A stretch of 64,000 bases of DNA from an uncultured bacterium (GCA_963747905.1 CAVVHF010000018.1:1135-65134); one strand, 5' to 3'; shown: positions 37,752 through 49,186, numbered from the stretch's first letter. The notes: generated by a model not told the origin, from the sequence alone. Program-made: numbers and translations.

Positions 37752-38072
37752 ATGCTCATCAGCTCGGCGGCTTATTTTGACGTTTGCGGTTGCGGGCGTC
37801 ACGGCAGGATTGTTACCGCAACCGGCGAGAGTAGCGTCGTATTCTGCTCAAAAGAAGTGGCGCACGCGACACTCAACGCGGCGATAAAAGAAGGAAGGAT
37901 CGCTGCCGACGAGCAGCTCATCGTATCCTCCCAGATTGATGGATCATTATTGGCGGAAGAAGAGTACGACGCCAACATCGACGCCAGGATCAAAGCGGAG
38001 ATCATCAACGCCGTCCATGAGATTTGGCTGGAAAGGGCCGAAGAACTACCACAGCCGGAATACGTCAATTGA
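37752..38072 (+). CDS. acidic hypothetical protein with CxCxxH
   Basis: Own promoter, GAGG SD and downstream hairpin with T-run. Confidence 0.65.
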   Translation: MLISSAAYFDVCGCGRHGRIVTATGESSVVFCSKEVAHATLNAAIKEGRIAADEQLIVSSQIDGSLLAEEEYDANIDARIKAEIINAVHEIWLERAEELPQPEYVN

Positions 38073-38133
38073 CCGCGTCCCTTTCCCGTTCCCGAGCCTG
38101 CAACCAGACAATGGTTGTGGGCTCTTTTTTATT

Positions 38134-39162
38134 CTATCCGTGCCGGACCTCGATCACATCCCCATCATTTACCACATATTCCTTTCCCTCCACTCTTAGC
38201 CATCCTTTCTGCTTCGCCTTGCTCCAGCCGCCCACTTCCAATAATTTGTCCGTTGGGACAATCTCCATACGGATGAACTTCTCCTCGAAATCGGTGTGGA
38301 TGACGCCTGCGGCCTGCGGCGCCTTTGTCCCCCGCTCGATCGTCCACGCGCGCGTCTCGTCGTCGCCGGTCGTAAAGAAGCTGATGAGGTCCAGCACGTG
38401 ATATGCTTTTTTGACGAGCAGCGGGATCTCCACCGACTCCACCTCCGGCGACGAAAGATCGCTCACGAGATAGTCCGCACCGAGCGCCGCGATCTTGGCA
38501 AGCAGTTCGGGCGACACATCCGATTCTTTTCCGTTGATAAGATACAGTTGGCGCTTGATCGTAAGCAAACGCAGATCATTCAACCGCGGCTCGCTCTTGA
38601 TTGCGTGGGAAAGTTCCGCGTCGCTCACCGGCAAAATGCCACTCTCGAGCGATTTCTTCAATCGCTCCAAAAGCTCCTTATCGTGCAACGCTTCTTTCTT
38701 ACCCGCGCGCGCTTCCGCCTCCACGCGCACGAGACGCTTGTCCACCGCCGCGAGATCCTTCAGCATCAGCTCCAGATTAATCACATCGATGTCGCGTACT
38801 GGGTCGACAGAATTCTCCACATGGATGATATCCGGATTTTCGAACGCACGCACCACCATGACGATTGCCTGCGTGAGTTGGATGTCGTCCAAAAAAGCGT
38901 TGCCCAATCCCTCACCCTTATTCGCGCCCTTTACGAGACCCGCGATGTCAAAGAATTCCACGACCGCGGAAATTTTTTTCTTGGACGCGCTCATTACGTT
39001 CAATTTTTCCAGACGCTCGTCAGGAACGGCAACGACGCCGACGTTGGGGTCGATCGTCGCGAACGGATAGTTGGCAATCGTGATGTTCTGCTTCGTTAAT
39101 ATTTTAAACAACGTGGATTTGCCCACATTCGGAAGACCGACGATGCCAAGAGAAAGTTTCAT
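38134..39162 (-). CDS. ychF: ribosome-binding ATPase YchF
   Basis: GLPNVGKST, ANYPFATIDPN, DIAGLVKGA, APQAAGVIHTDF. Confidence 0.97.
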   Translation of the reverse strand: MKLSLGIVGLPNVGKSTLFKILTKQNITIANYPFATIDPNVGVVAVPDERLEKLNVMSASKKKISAVVEFFDIAGLVKGANKGEGLGNAFLDDIQLTQAIVMVVRAFENPDIIHVENSVDPVRDIDVINLELMLKDLAAVDKRLVRVEAEARAGKKEALHDKELLERLKKSLESGILPVSDAELSHAIKSEPRLNDLRLLTIKRQLYLINGKESDVSPELLAKIAALGADYLVSDLSSPEVESVEIPLLVKKAYHVLDLISFFTTGDDETRAWTIERGTKAPQAAGVIHTDFEEKFIRMEIVPTDKLLEVGGWSKAKQKGWLRVEGKEYVVNDGDVIEVRHG

Positions 39163-40025
39163 TATTGTAGTGTACTCGTAGACATATACGCCGGCAATGT
39201 GTTCAAATCGATCGCCGACGTCCCATCCTTCTGGATGATAAACGTGAAGCCGAACGGATCCGCTGGCACTGACGGGATGATCCCCTTCGCGACGAGCTCA
39301 GCGGTGGATGTAGGATATGCGCCGAACTCTTTTTTATACATCGCCGATGCGGCATCCAGATAATCAAAATCCTGCAGGTGATCGATGTATGCCTGTGCGC
39401 GCGCCTGCGTGTCCAGGTCATTCGTGGAATCTTTGATGGTCTCCCAGAGCTGTTCCGTCTTCTGGCGCTGGTTCGTCTCAATGCCAAAGTTCAATGAGAA
39501 CCGCTCGGCGTACCCTGGAATGCCCGGCGTCTCCGCCGCAAGGTTATAATACTCCGCCGCCGCCGGATCATTCTTGGCATATAAAAATTCGTTCGTTGCT
39601 ATGTAGTACGGGATGCGCCAGTCGGAGTCGCCGTTCACGATTCCCTGTTGCCCGATCGCGTCGGCCTGCGCAACCGCCTGCGGATCATCCTGTGCCGGCA
39701 CTGCCGGCAGCGTGAGTACCGAGAATGCGTATGGATAGCTGAGTTTCGGATCGACGGCGTTCACGAAGGCAAGGTCGGAAAAATATTCCGCTTTGCCATT
39801 CCATAAGTCCAGAATCTCCGGCATCGTCGTTGCCCACAGGAACGACGCAACTGCGGGATGAAATCCCATGTCGAGCAAGCGCACCATGAACGGCGACACC
39901 TCCTGCGCACTCGAGGCAGGCAGGGCGATCTTCGTGGTGTCGTACTCAAACTGCAAAAGCGCGACGAGCGCGAGCAGCAATCCCACTGTTATTATTTTTG
40001 TGAATGGATTATTGAGCCGCGCCAT
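39162..40025 (-). CDS. membrane-anchored TPR-like protein with pilin/GspG-like C-terminal motif
   Basis: N-terminal TM; WRIPYY helices; YKKEFGAYP...ELV.KG.I..VP.DPFG. Confidence 0.6.
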   Translation of the reverse strand: MARLNNPFTKIITVGLLLALVALLQFEYDTTKIALPASSAQEVSPFMVRLLDMGFHPAVASFLWATTMPEILDLWNGKAEYFSDLAFVNAVDPKLSYPYAFSVLTLPAVPAQDDPQAVAQADAIGQQGIVNGDSDWRIPYYIATNEFLYAKNDPAAAEYYNLAAETPGIPGYAERFSLNFGIETNQRQKTEQLWETIKDSTNDLDTQARAQAYIDHLQDFDYLDAASAMYKKEFGAYPTSTAELVAKGIIPSVPADPFGFTFIIQKDGTSAIDLNTLPAYMSTSTLQ

Positions 40026-40790
40026 TTAAATTTCTTTCTTGTCAAATATCCACACAGCGGCAGTGAGGAGGAGCACGATGTACACCACGGCATATGCGAC
40101 GGCGAGGCCAAACGAAGTCCATGGGGTGGTAACCGCGTGGATTGCAAAGTCGCGCACGTCGAATTTCTCCAGATTCGGGAATATATAATAGAATATCTCC
40201 ACGAGCCATAGTTTGATGCCGCCGAGCCCGATGGCCTTCGCATCGGTCACAAGCTGGCTTACGATGTGACCGAGGAAAAATACGCCAGATGTGTACACGA
40301 TGGAAAGCAATGAACTCGCGAACGTAGAGACGAAGATCGCGAACGCGAGGAAGAGCGCCATCTCTAGAAACTGCATCGCGATAGCGGTGAGTCCGACCCA
40401 GTCGAATCCGGCGCCCGCATGGAGCACCACGCCCATGTACGCCACGCCAAGGATGACGCTCGTCAGCAGGAGTACCATGCATAGTCCAAAAAATTTTCCC
40501 AGCACAAATTGCGCGCGCGATACTGGTTTAGAAAGAATAAAATAAACCACCTTACGATCCACGTCCTTAAAGAACGATGTCGTGCCGAGGAAAAGCGCGA
40601 TGATCGCGTTAAAGAAATAGATGCCAGTCAGCCCAAACGCCTTCACCATCGAAGGCTCTTTAAGCACGAGGTCGGCGAGGAACAGTGTAAAGAACACATA
40701 GAGGAGACCGAACACGATGATGCCGTAGAGGATCTTGTCGCGAATCTCAAGCTTGAGCGTATTTTTTGCGATAATGAAAATGTTTCTCAT
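40026..40790 (-). CDS. ABC-2 type permease
   Basis: IAKNT...IRDKILY, LSKPVSR.QFVLGKF.G, FPNLE. Confidence 0.88.
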   Translation of the reverse strand: MRNIFIIAKNTLKLEIRDKILYGIIVFGLLYVFFTLFLADLVLKEPSMVKAFGLTGIYFFNAIIALFLGTTSFFKDVDRKVVYFILSKPVSRAQFVLGKFFGLCMVLLLTSVILGVAYMGVVLHAGAGFDWVGLTAIAMQFLEMALFLAFAIFVSTFASSLLSIVYTSGVFFLGHIVSQLVTDAKAIGLGGIKLWLVEIFYYIFPNLEKFDVRDFAIHAVTTPWTSFGLAVAYAVVYIVLLLTAAVWIFDKKEI

Positions 40791-40798
40791 AGTGCTGA

Positions 40799-41548
40799 TT
40801 ATTTGGGGGGTGGTTCAAGACGTGCTTCCGTTTCGTGCGCCTGCACCGCTTCCATAAATCGCTCCTCCAGCGGCTTGCCCGCACAGAATGTTTTCACACC
40901 GCCCGCATACAACAATTTTCCTTTATGCACGATCCCCACTTCGTCGCAGATCTCCTCCACATCGGCAAGGATGTGTGTATTCAAAAAGATCCGACGCCCT
41001 TCGTGCTTGAGATCGAGCATCACTTCTTTCATCTCGCGGCGGCCGATCGGGTCGAGCCCGTCGAGCGGTTCGTCGAGAAAAAGATATTCCGGATCGTTTA
41101 CGAGTGATTGCGCAAAGCCGAGACGCTGGCGCATGCCCTTTGAATACGTGCGGATCTCCGCGTTGCGCGCGGCAAAGATGCCAACCTTCTTTAAAATTTC
41201 CTCATAGTGAGAGTTTCGCGCCGCTGGGCTTGCTCCGCTGTTCGTGTTATCAAAAAGCTCGTCACAAAATCGCAAAAATTCCATACCGGTCATCCGTTCA
41301 TAAAAGTAGGGTGCTTCCGGCATATAGCCCAGCTTCTTTTTGAAAATAGGATGCGACGAGAGCGCCCCGTCGATCGTGATTGTGCCGCTCGTTGGCGCGA
41401 GCAAACCCACGACCATCTTCATGATCGTCGTCTTCCCCGCCCCGTTCTGCCCCAAAAAACCGAAGATCGGCACATCCACGGAGAGGGTGAAGTCGTCCAC
41501 GACCACCTTCTTTTTATAGGCTTTCGTCAGATGCGAGAACTCAACCAT
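40799..41548 (-). CDS. ABC transporter ATP-binding protein
   Basis: GQNGAGKTT, YSKGMRQR, LDEP..GLDP. Confidence 0.93.
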   Translation of the reverse strand: MVEFSHLTKAYKKKVVVDDFTLSVDVPIFGFLGQNGAGKTTIMKMVVGLLAPTSGTITIDGALSSHPIFKKKLGYMPEAPYFYERMTGMEFLRFCDELFDNTNSGASPAARNSHYEEILKKVGIFAARNAEIRTYSKGMRQRLGFAQSLVNDPEYLFLDEPLDGLDPIGRREMKEVMLDLKHEGRRIFLNTHILADVEEICDEVGIVHKGKLLYAGGVKTFCAGKPLEERFMEAVQAHETEARLEPPPK

Positions 41549-41588
41549 GGAAAGAGTATAACAAAAAATTCCCTTGGGAAAAAGTCCA

Positions 41589-41989
41589 TTAACGGTACTC
41601 TACCGGCACGCTCTCGAACTTGTTCTTGGTAACGATCACGTGGCCGAGTAGGCTGATACCAAGAATTTTTCCGGCTTCGACAATCTGCTTTGTAATAAGA
41701 ATGTCCGTCTCGCTCGGTTTCGCCACGCCAGGGGGATGGTTATGCGCGAGGATTACCGCTGACGCGAAATACTCGAGCGCGGGGCGCGGAAAAAGAGCCG
41801 ATCGGTCGCACAGTCAAAGAACCGCTTGCACCGCGCGAACGAAAGCGCACTGATAATGGCGGCAAGAATATTCACCACTTCGTCGTTGGGATAGAAGAAT
41901 TTTCCCGTGACAAACTCGATGGTGAAAAACATTACGGCGATAGCGACGATGGATAAAAGATACGAGATGGCGCGGGCACGTGTTTTCAC
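41589..41989 (-). pseudogene. degraded membrane-protein/RadC (JAB) remnant
   Basis: 41589-41783 translates to PALEYFASAVILAHNHPPGVAKPSETD...AGKILGISLLGHVIV; out of frame with upstream TM fragment. Confidence 0.75.
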
Positions 41990-42036
41990 TCATCCACCAT
42001 AAACCGGATTAAAGAAATATTAAAGACGCCGGAGGG

Positions 42037-43317
42037 CTAATGGAACGCCCTGACACGTCGCAACGCACGATGATAACTGATGGCGAACCGATGGGCCTCG
42101 TCGCGCACTTTGATAAGCGTTGTTTTTTGCACTCCTTTCGGTACGAGGCCGATGATGTCGTTGCGGTCGCGGCGCGGCCCTTTTGCAATCCCGATAATGG
42201 GGATCTTTATCCCGGCGCGAAGCAGGACGCGGCGGGCAGTGTTCACCTGCGCGAGACCGCCGTCGATGAGGACGAGGTCGGGCAGCGGCCACGGATTTTT
42301 TGACTCCACCGCTGCGTGCGCAAAGCGCCGCTCCAATACCTCTTTTAACATTCCAACATCGTTCGGTTGAAAGATGCTACGAATCTTAAACTTGCGGTAT
42401 TCATTTTTGTCTGGCGCGCCGTCCTCGAACACCACCATGGACCCGACGGCGGACGTGCCGGAAATATTTGAAATGTCATAACCTTCAATGCGATAACCAT
42501 CTTTTAACGCGGCAGCGGTGCCAGTGCCTGCACCACGCGCCATCAGCACCTCATTGTCGGAAATGAGCGCCGTGTCCTGGATATGCTGTAACGCGAACAT
42601 CTGTCGTCGCAACACTTCCGCCCGCTCGAACTCCTGCTTTTTTACTGCCATACGCATTTCCTTTTCCAACGCGTGGATAATGCGCGCCTTCCTTCCCTCA
42701 AAAAACAACTTGAGCCGATCGATATTTTTTATATAATCCTCATGGGTGATCGCGCCGACGCACGTACCCGGGCAAAGCCCGATCTCGTAGTTGAAGCACG
42801 GGCGTTTCATCTTACCAATCTCATCCGAATCGTGTGTGCTCCACGGGAATATTCGCCGGAGGATACGCAACGCTTCGCGCGCGCTGGAAGCCGAAGTGAA
42901 GGGGCCGAAGCGCTTTCCTTGAACCACGCCACCGCCCACACCGCCACGGCCCCCGTTGGCCACACCACTCCCGCGCACCAGTAGCACTCGCGGAAATTTC
43001 TCGCGCGTGATTTCAAAATATAAAAAACTCTTGTCATCTTTTTCGCGCACATTGAACGGTGGCACAATCTTTTTGATCAGTTCCGCCTCGCGGATCAGGG
43101 CCTCAAGCGCGGTATCCTTCTGCTCAAACTCAATGTGCGCAATCTTGCTCACGAGCGTCTGAATGCGCACGTCATGCGGACGCTCAAAGTAGCTTGAGAC
43201 GCGGCGGCGTAGATTTCCCGCCTTGCCGACGTACAACACGCGCCCGGCGGCGTCTTTCATAATATAAACACCCGGCGTTTCGGGAAATTTTTTGTACAAA
43301 GCGAAAGTTTTCACCAT
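42037..43317 (-). CDS. uvrC: excinuclease ABC subunit C (no C-terminal HhH)
   Basis: PGVY..YVGKA (GIY-YIG), RIEGYDIS, LIDGG, RDEAHRFA then stop. Confidence 0.93.
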   Translation of the reverse strand: MVKTFALYKKFPETPGVYIMKDAAGRVLYVGKAGNLRRRVSSYFERPHDVRIQTLVSKIAHIEFEQKDTALEALIREAELIKKIVPPFNVREKDDKSFLYFEITREKFPRVLLVRGSGVANGGRGGVGGGVVQGKRFGPFTSASSAREALRILRRIFPWSTHDSDEIGKMKRPCFNYEIGLCPGTCVGAITHEDYIKNIDRLKLFFEGRKARIIHALEKEMRMAVKKQEFERAEVLRRQMFALQHIQDTALISDNEVLMARGAGTGTAAALKDGYRIEGYDISNISGTSAVGSMVVFEDGAPDKNEYRKFKIRSIFQPNDVGMLKEVLERRFAHAAVESKNPWPLPDLVLIDGGLAQVNTARRVLLRAGIKIPIIGIAKGPRRDRNDIIGLVPKGVQKTTLIKVRDEAHRFAISYHRALRRVRAFH

Positions 43318-43323
43318 ACTCGG

Positions 43324-43602
43324 CTAATCCTGCAACAGCACGTGCACCGCGCACTTCTCGAGCAACGGCACTGTGCCTTCTATCTCCTCGTTGATCTTCT
43401 CAAGCGGAACCGAAGTGCCGCCATTTTCGAACCTTAGCTCGTTCTCATAAATGTAAGCCACCTTATGGCCCTGCATATTATAAATAAAGCCGTTCTCAAA
43501 ATAGCCAAGTTTTTGGTCGCCTTGATCTGTGCGAACATGGTTACCGTCGATCCATGCGATCTTTTGCCCATCCCGCCAGATCTTGTTGTCGAAGATTTTC
43601 AT
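43324..43602 (-). CDS. small beta-repeat hypothetical protein
   Basis: Repeats GQKIAWI / DQKLGYF / GHKVAYI; -10 box 6 nt before ATG. Confidence 0.7.
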   Translation of the reverse strand: MKIFDNKIWRDGQKIAWIDGNHVRTDQGDQKLGYFENGFIYNMQGHKVAYIYENELRFENGGTSVPLEKINEEIEGTVPLLEKCAVHVLLQD

Positions 43603-43624
43603 AATCTTATTATACCACCCGGCG

Positions 43625-46198
43625 CTATTTCTGTAGTAACGGCCTCAAGTACTCCCCTGTCACGCTCGCCTTTTTGCGCACAATCTCCTCCGGCGTACCG
43701 GTGGCGACGACAGTCCCGCCACGGGCGCCGCCTTCCGGGCCAAGATCAATCACCCAATCGGCACATTTAATGACATCCAAGTTGTGCTCAATGACGACGA
43801 TCGTGTTGCCGCGGTCCACCAAACGCTGCAGCACCTTGAGGAGTTGGTCCACGTCGGCGAAGTGCAAACCGGTTGTCGGCTCGTCGAGTAGGTAGAGCGT
43901 GCGGCGCGTGTCGCGCTTGCCAAGCTCGGCGGACAGCTTGATGCGCTGCGCCTCACCGCCGGAAAGCGTTGTCGCCGATTGTCCAAGTTCCAAATATCCC
44001 AAACCGACCTCCTCTAATATAGTGAGTTTGTCCATCAGCCATGGAATGTCGCTGAAAAATTCCACCGCTTCCTCGATTGTCATCTGCAGAATGTCGAAAA
44101 TATTTTTTCCTTTGTATTCTACGGCGAGCGTCTCGCGGTCGAAGCGCTTGCCCTTACACACGTCGCACGTGACGTACACCGTCGGCAAGAAATGCATCTC
44201 GATGGCGATCGTGCCGTGACCCTCGCAGTTCTCGCACCGACCACCCGGGACGTTGAAACTGAACCGGCCCGGCTTGTACCCGCGCACGCGCGCGTCTTCC
44301 GTACCGGCAAAGAGATCGCGGATATGCGTCCACGCACCCACGTACGTGGCCGGGTTGGAGCGTGGCGTGCGGCCGATCGCCGCCTGGTCGATATTGATGA
44401 TACGCGTGATATATTCCATACCGAATATGGACTTATATCCACCCGCTTTGAAACTGGCATGATTTAATTTATCCGCGACGGCTTTATACAGCACATCATA
44501 CACGAGTGATGATTTTCCGCTGCCAGACACGCCGGTCACTGCGGTAAAGCGGCGCAACGGAATATCCACATCAATGTCTTTCAAATTATTTGCATGTGCG
44601 CCGCGGATCTTTAAAAATTCCTGCGCGCTACCGCTGCTCCCCAATTTGGTCTTTGCACTCTTTGCGCCGCGTTCCGCCGGCAATACCACCTTACGCCGCG
44701 TCTCCGGCACCTCGATAAATTTTTTACCGCGTAGATATTGCAGGGTGAGCGAATCCTGCTTCATATCTTTGATCAGTTCCGGCATCGGCCCCTGCGCCAC
44801 CACATTGCCGCCATGTACACCTGCGCCCGGCCCGATATCCACCAGATAATCCGACTCGCGAATCGTGTCCTCATCGTGCTCGACGACGATGATCGTGTTG
44901 CCGAGATCACGGAGATCTTTGAGCGTCTGAATAAGCTTCGCGTTATCGCGCTGATGCAGGCCAATCGTCGGCTCATCCAATATATAGAGCGTTCCCACCA
45001 GGCGCGAGCCGATTTGCGACGCGAGCCGGATGCGTTGACCCTCGCCACCGGAAAGCGATCCCGCCCTACGATCGAGCGTCAAATATTCCAAACCAACGTC
45101 CATCATGAATTTTAATCGGTTTTTAATCTCGCGAAGCGGCGCTTCGGCGACTTCATTAAGAGATCCACCGGTAAATTTCAATCCCGAAAAAAACGCGAGC
45201 GCGTCTTCTATCGATAATGCCGTGACGGTATGGATGCTCTTGTCGTCAATCAGTACGTTCAAACTTTCCACACGCAAACGCTTGCCTTCGCATGCCACGC
45301 AGATCTCGTCCGACCAAATATCCTTTGTGCCCAAGCCGTGGCACTCCGGACACGCGCCGTACGGGCTGTTGAATGAGAACAGGCGCGGCTCGATCTCCGG
45401 GAACGAGAACCCGTCGTGCGGGCATGTGAACTTTGCCGACAAAGAAACTTCTTTGTCAGTGATGAGCGTCACGACCGCGTTGCCATATTTGAGCGCGCTC
45501 TCGATTGCTTCCGCTAAACGCAAACGATTATCTTTGTCTTTAAAGTTCATTCCCGACGGAAGGCGATCTACGATGAGGTCGATATCGTGCGCCTTATAGC
45601 GCGAAAGCTCCACGCGTTCGCGGAGTGAATGATATGTGCCGTCAATGCGCACCTCGGAAAATCCCGCATTCAGAAAATCATAAAGCATCTGGTAATACTC
45701 GCCTTTCCGTCCACGCACCACTGGCGCGAGAATAACGAAATTTTTTTTATCTTTATTACCGTCCGAAATCTCGATCGCGACATCCACGATCTCCTCGTTC
45801 GTCAATTTTTTAATTTCACGGCCGCACATGGGGCAATATGGCTTGCCCGCGCGGGCAAAAAGCACACGGAGGTAATCGTAGATCTCGGTGATTGTGGCCA
45901 CCGTGGAACGTGGATTCGCGGAGTGGGATTTTTGGTCGATGGAAATGGCAGGCGAAAGTCCCTCGATCTCGTCCACGTCCGGCTTATCGAGGCGACCCAA
46001 AAACTGTCGCGCGTACGCGGAAAGCGATTCGATGTAACGCCGCTGGCCCTCGGCAAAAATCGTGTCGAACGCGAGCGACGATTTGCCGCTCCCGGAAAGT
46101 CCGGTGAAGACGACCATTTTGTCGCGCGGGATTTCGAGGTCAATGTTCTTAAGGTTGTGCTCACGCGCGCCTTTGATGATTATTTTGTCGTGTTTCAT
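43625..46198 (-). CDS. uvrA: excinuclease ABC subunit A
   Basis: Two GxSGSGKS, two [16 protein letters not shown]. Confidence 0.98.
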   Translation of the reverse strand: MKHDKIIIKGAREHNLKNIDLEIPRDKMVVFTGLSGSGKSSLAFDTIFAEGQRRYIESLSAYARQFLGRLDKPDVDEIEGLSPAISIDQKSHSANPRSTVATITEIYDYLRVLFARAGKPYCPMCGREIKKLTNEEIVDVAIEISDGNKDKKNFVILAPVVRGRKGEYYQMLYDFLNAGFSEVRIDGTYHSLRERVELSRYKAHDIDLIVDRLPSGMNFKDKDNRLRLAEAIESALKYGNAVVTLITDKEVSLSAKFTCPHDGFSFPEIEPRLFSFNSPYGACPECHGLGTKDIWSDEICVACEGKRLRVESLNVLIDDKSIHTVTALSIEDALAFFSGLKFTGGSLNEVAEAPLREIKNRLKFMMDVGLEYLTLDRRAGSLSGGEGQRIRLASQIGSRLVGTLYILDEPTIGLHQRDNAKLIQTLKDLRDLGNTIIVVEHDEDTIRESDYLVDIGPGAGVHGGNVVAQGPMPELIKDMKQDSLTLQYLRGKKFIEVPETRRKVVLPAERGAKSAKTKLGSSGSAQEFLKIRGAHANNLKDIDVDIPLRRFTAVTGVSGSGKSSLVYDVLYKAVADKLNHASFKAGGYKSIFGMEYITRIINIDQAAIGRTPRSNPATYVGAWTHIRDLFAGTEDARVRGYKPGRFSFNVPGGRCENCEGHGTIAIEMHFLPTVYVTCDVCKGKRFDRETLAVEYKGKNIFDILQMTIEEAVEFFSDIPWLMDKLTILEEVGLGYLELGQSATTLSGGEAQRIKLSAELGKRDTRRTLYLLDEPTTGLHFADVDQLLKVLQRLVDRGNTIVVIEHNLDVIKCADWVIDLGPEGGARGGTVVATGTPEEIVRKKASVTGEYLRPLLQK

Positions 46199-48285
46199 GA
46201 TTTTTTAATAGTGGGTTTTTTCTTAACGCCCACGTCTTTTTCCTTCGATATCCTTGCGCCTTTCATCGCCTCCTCCACCACCGCTACCTTCTTATTCAGC
46301 TCCCGTATCTCATCCCGCAAGATTCCCGCAAGCTCAAAATTTAGTTCTTTCGCAGCCATGCGCATCTCTCTTTCTTTCTCTGTAATTAATCGCTGAAGCG
46401 CAGTCTTTGATCTCGGCACGGGCATCGTTTCTAATTTTAGAATCTCATCGATATCAACGCTCGGCAAGATATCCGAGATCTTCCGTACCACCGTGCGTGG
46501 TGTTATGTTGTGCTCTTTATTGTACGCGACTTGAATCGCGCGGCGGCGATCGGTCTCTCCGACGGCACGCTCAATTGAACCGGTGATATTGTCTGCATAC
46601 ATTACCACCTCACCCTCCACGTTGCGTGCCGCGCGGCCTATCGTCTGAATGAGCGAGACCTCGCTGCGCAGGAACCCTTCCTTGTCCGCATCTAAAATCG
46701 CGACGAGCGAAACTTCGGGAAGGTCCAAGCCTTCGCGGAGCAAGTTTACGCCGACGAGCACTTCTATTTTGCCACGGCGCAGATCGGTCAAGATCTTAAT
46801 GCGATCCATCGTTTTCACATCGCTGTGGAGATAATTCACTTTTATTTTCTTCTCTTCTAAATACGCGCTAAGATCTTCCGCCATACGCTTAGTAAGCGTC
46901 GTCACCAGCACGCGCTCGTGCTTAGCCACGCGCTCCTGAATGCGCGGAATGAGGTCTTCCACCTGCCCGCGCGCAGGCTTGATGGTAATCTTTGGATCGA
47001 CAAGGCCCGTCGGGCGAATGATCTGCTCTACTATCTGTCCACGCGGCGGCTTGCTCTCCTCACGCTCATAAAGGCTCGGCGTCGCGGACGTGTAAATGAC
47101 CTGCCCGATGCGCTCCTTAAACTCCGCAAACCGAAGCGGCCGGTTATCGATGGCCGACGGCAAGCGAAATCCGTATTCCACTAAAGTTTTTTTTCGCGCC
47201 GCGTCGCCATTGAACATGCCCTGCAATTGCGGCACCGTCATGTGCGATTCGTCGATGATGGTAAGAAAATCCGGCGAGCCGTCCTCGTTGTGAGGGAAAT
47301 AATCCAAAAGCGTTGCCGGCGGCTCGCCTGCGGCGCGGCCGGAGAGATGGCGCGAATAGTTCTCAATGCCATGACAATACCCCACCTCGGCCATCATCGC
47401 GAGGTCGAACTTGGTGCGGCGCTCGATGCGTTCCGCCTCCAAAAACTTTTTCTCTTTTTCAAACTTCGTCAACTGCTCTTTTAATTCTTTTTTAATCTCA
47501 ACGAGGGCACGCTCGCGAGACGCCGGCGCGGTAATAAAATGCTTTGCCGGCGCAAAAAGAATGTCCGGAATCGATGGCGTCTTGCCCGGCTGAAATCCTT
47601 TCACCGGATCGGTCTCATAGATGGCGCGGATAACACCGCCGGACACCTCCAGGTTATAAATGATCTCGCGGTCAGCGGGCATGATCTCCCAGTTCTCGCC
47701 GCGCAGGCGGTACGTCGCGCGCTTAAGGTCTGCCGTCGTGCGGTTGAACTGTAGAGAAACAAGCTTGCGCGAAAAATCGCGGCGCTCCACCGCGTCGCCA
47801 ACTTTGAAACGAATGATGTTCTTGGCATACTCTTCCGGCGCGCCCAAGCCGTAGATGCACGACACCGACGCCACGATGATCACGTCGCGCCGCGTGAGCA
47901 GCGCCATCGTCGCCGCGTGGCGCAACTTGTCAATCTCGTCGTTGATCAGCGCCTCCTTGTCTATATAGGTGTCGCTCGACGGCATATACGCCTCCGGCTG
48001 ATAGTAGTCGTAGTACGAAACAAAATAATTGACGGATGAGTTCGGGAAAAGCTCGCGAAACTCGTTGCAAAGCTGTGCGGCGAGCGTCTTGTTGTGCGCG
48101 ATCACGAGCGTCGGCTTCCCGATCTGCTGGATCACATTCGCCATCGTGAAGGTCTTGCCAGAGCCGGTGACGCCAAGCAGAGTCTGGTCGCGAAACCCCT
48201 CGCGCAAACCCGAAACAAGCGATGTGATCGCCTTCGGCTGGTCCCCCGCAGGTTTGTTATCGGATATGATCTCGAAATGATTCAT
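46195..48285 (-). CDS. uvrB: excinuclease ABC subunit B
   Basis: [31 protein letters not shown]. Confidence 0.98.
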   Translation of the reverse strand: MNHFEIISDNKPAGDQPKAITSLVSGLREGFRDQTLLGVTGSGKTFTMANVIQQIGKPTLVIAHNKTLAAQLCNEFRELFPNSSVNYFVSYYDYYQPEAYMPSSDTYIDKEALINDEIDKLRHAATMALLTRRDVIIVASVSCIYGLGAPEEYAKNIIRFKVGDAVERRDFSRKLVSLQFNRTTADLKRATYRLRGENWEIMPADREIIYNLEVSGGVIRAIYETDPVKGFQPGKTPSIPDILFAPAKHFITAPASRERALVEIKKELKEQLTKFEKEKKFLEAERIERRTKFDLAMMAEVGYCHGIENYSRHLSGRAAGEPPATLLDYFPHNEDGSPDFLTIIDESHMTVPQLQGMFNGDAARKKTLVEYGFRLPSAIDNRPLRFAEFKERIGQVIYTSATPSLYEREESKPPRGQIVEQIIRPTGLVDPKITIKPARGQVEDLIPRIQERVAKHERVLVTTLTKRMAEDLSAYLEEKKIKVNYLHSDVKTMDRIKILTDLRRGKIEVLVGVNLLREGLDLPEVSLVAILDADKEGFLRSEVSLIQTIGRAARNVEGEVVMYADNITGSIERAVGETDRRRAIQVAYNKEHNITPRTVVRKISDILPSVDIDEILKLETMPVPRSKTALQRLITEKEREMRMAAKELNFELAGILRDEIRELNKKVAVVEEAMKGARISKEKDVGVKKKPTIKKS

Positions 48286-48529
48286 AGTAACAATAGATAG
48301 CACTTAGTGCACATAATAAGCAAAGCGCCCCTCGCCCGAGGGCTATAGGGGGTACTCATGCAAAACTTCCTCCCCAGTTTAATCGAAATTTGATGAGGAG
48401 TCAAAGCGAGATATATATAAAAACGAAAAACCGCATTCCGGCCTCACACCGGAAAGCGGTCTTTCTTCTAACTAACAAGATTCATTTTAGCACACTTTTG
48501 GGAATGTCAAAATGTGGATAGTCCCCCCC

Positions 48530-49186
48530 CTACACCAGCACTTTCGTTAGTGGGCACAACTCGTGCTCGTGCGGACGCGCCACGCAGTAGGCCCGGCCGT
48601 AATCGATGATCATATACGTCGCCGCGAACCAATCTTTGCACGGGATGATGGCCATGAGGTCCCGCTCGATCTTCTCCGGCGTCTTCTCGCGCGAAAGGCC
48701 AAGCACGCGCGACAGACGTATTACATGCGTGTCCACCGCGATCCCCTCCACCACACCGTAGGCGTTGCCGAGGATGACGTTCGCCGACTTGCGCCCGACG
48801 CCCGGGATCGTCACCATCTCCGCCATCGTGCGCGGCAACTTGCCGCCAAACTTTTCCTTGACCACGCGCGCGGCGCCGAGGATGTTGCGCGTCTTGGCGC
48901 GATAGAAACCGCAGGCGTGGATGGTCTTTTCAAACGCTCGCACACCGCGCGCGGTCTTGCCCGCACGGACATATGCATCAAGCGTGGGATATTTCTTGAA
49001 CAGTGCAGGGGTCACTTGATTCACCTTCTTGTCCGTGCACTGCGCGGAAAGCTGGACGGCCACGAGCAACTCCCATTTGTTGGAGAACGTCAGCGCGATC
49101 TTTGGATCCGGGAAAAGCTTATGCAGGGTCCGGGCGATCTTGGCCCAGCGCTTTTTGTAATACGGAAGATCCTTTTGGGAGATCAT
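48530..49186 (-). CDS. nth: endonuclease III
   Basis: LSAQCTD, PGVGRKSAN, AVDTHV; Fe-S Cys motif incomplete. Confidence 0.95.
   Translation of the reverse strand: MISQKDLPYYKKRWAKIARTLHKLFPDPKIALTFSNKWELLVAVQLSAQCTDKKVNQVTPALFKKYPTLDAYVRAGKTARGVRAFEKTIHACGFYRAKTRNILGAARVVKEKFGGKLPRTMAEMVTIPGVGRKSANVILGNAYGVVEGIAVDTHVIRLSRVLGLSREKTPEKIERDLMAIIPCKDWFAATYMIIDYGRAYCVARPHEHELCPLTKVLV

Noticed and set aside
48305-48333. AGTGCACATAA resembling a XerC arm of dif
   Set aside because: No XerD-like arm after the 6-bp spacer.
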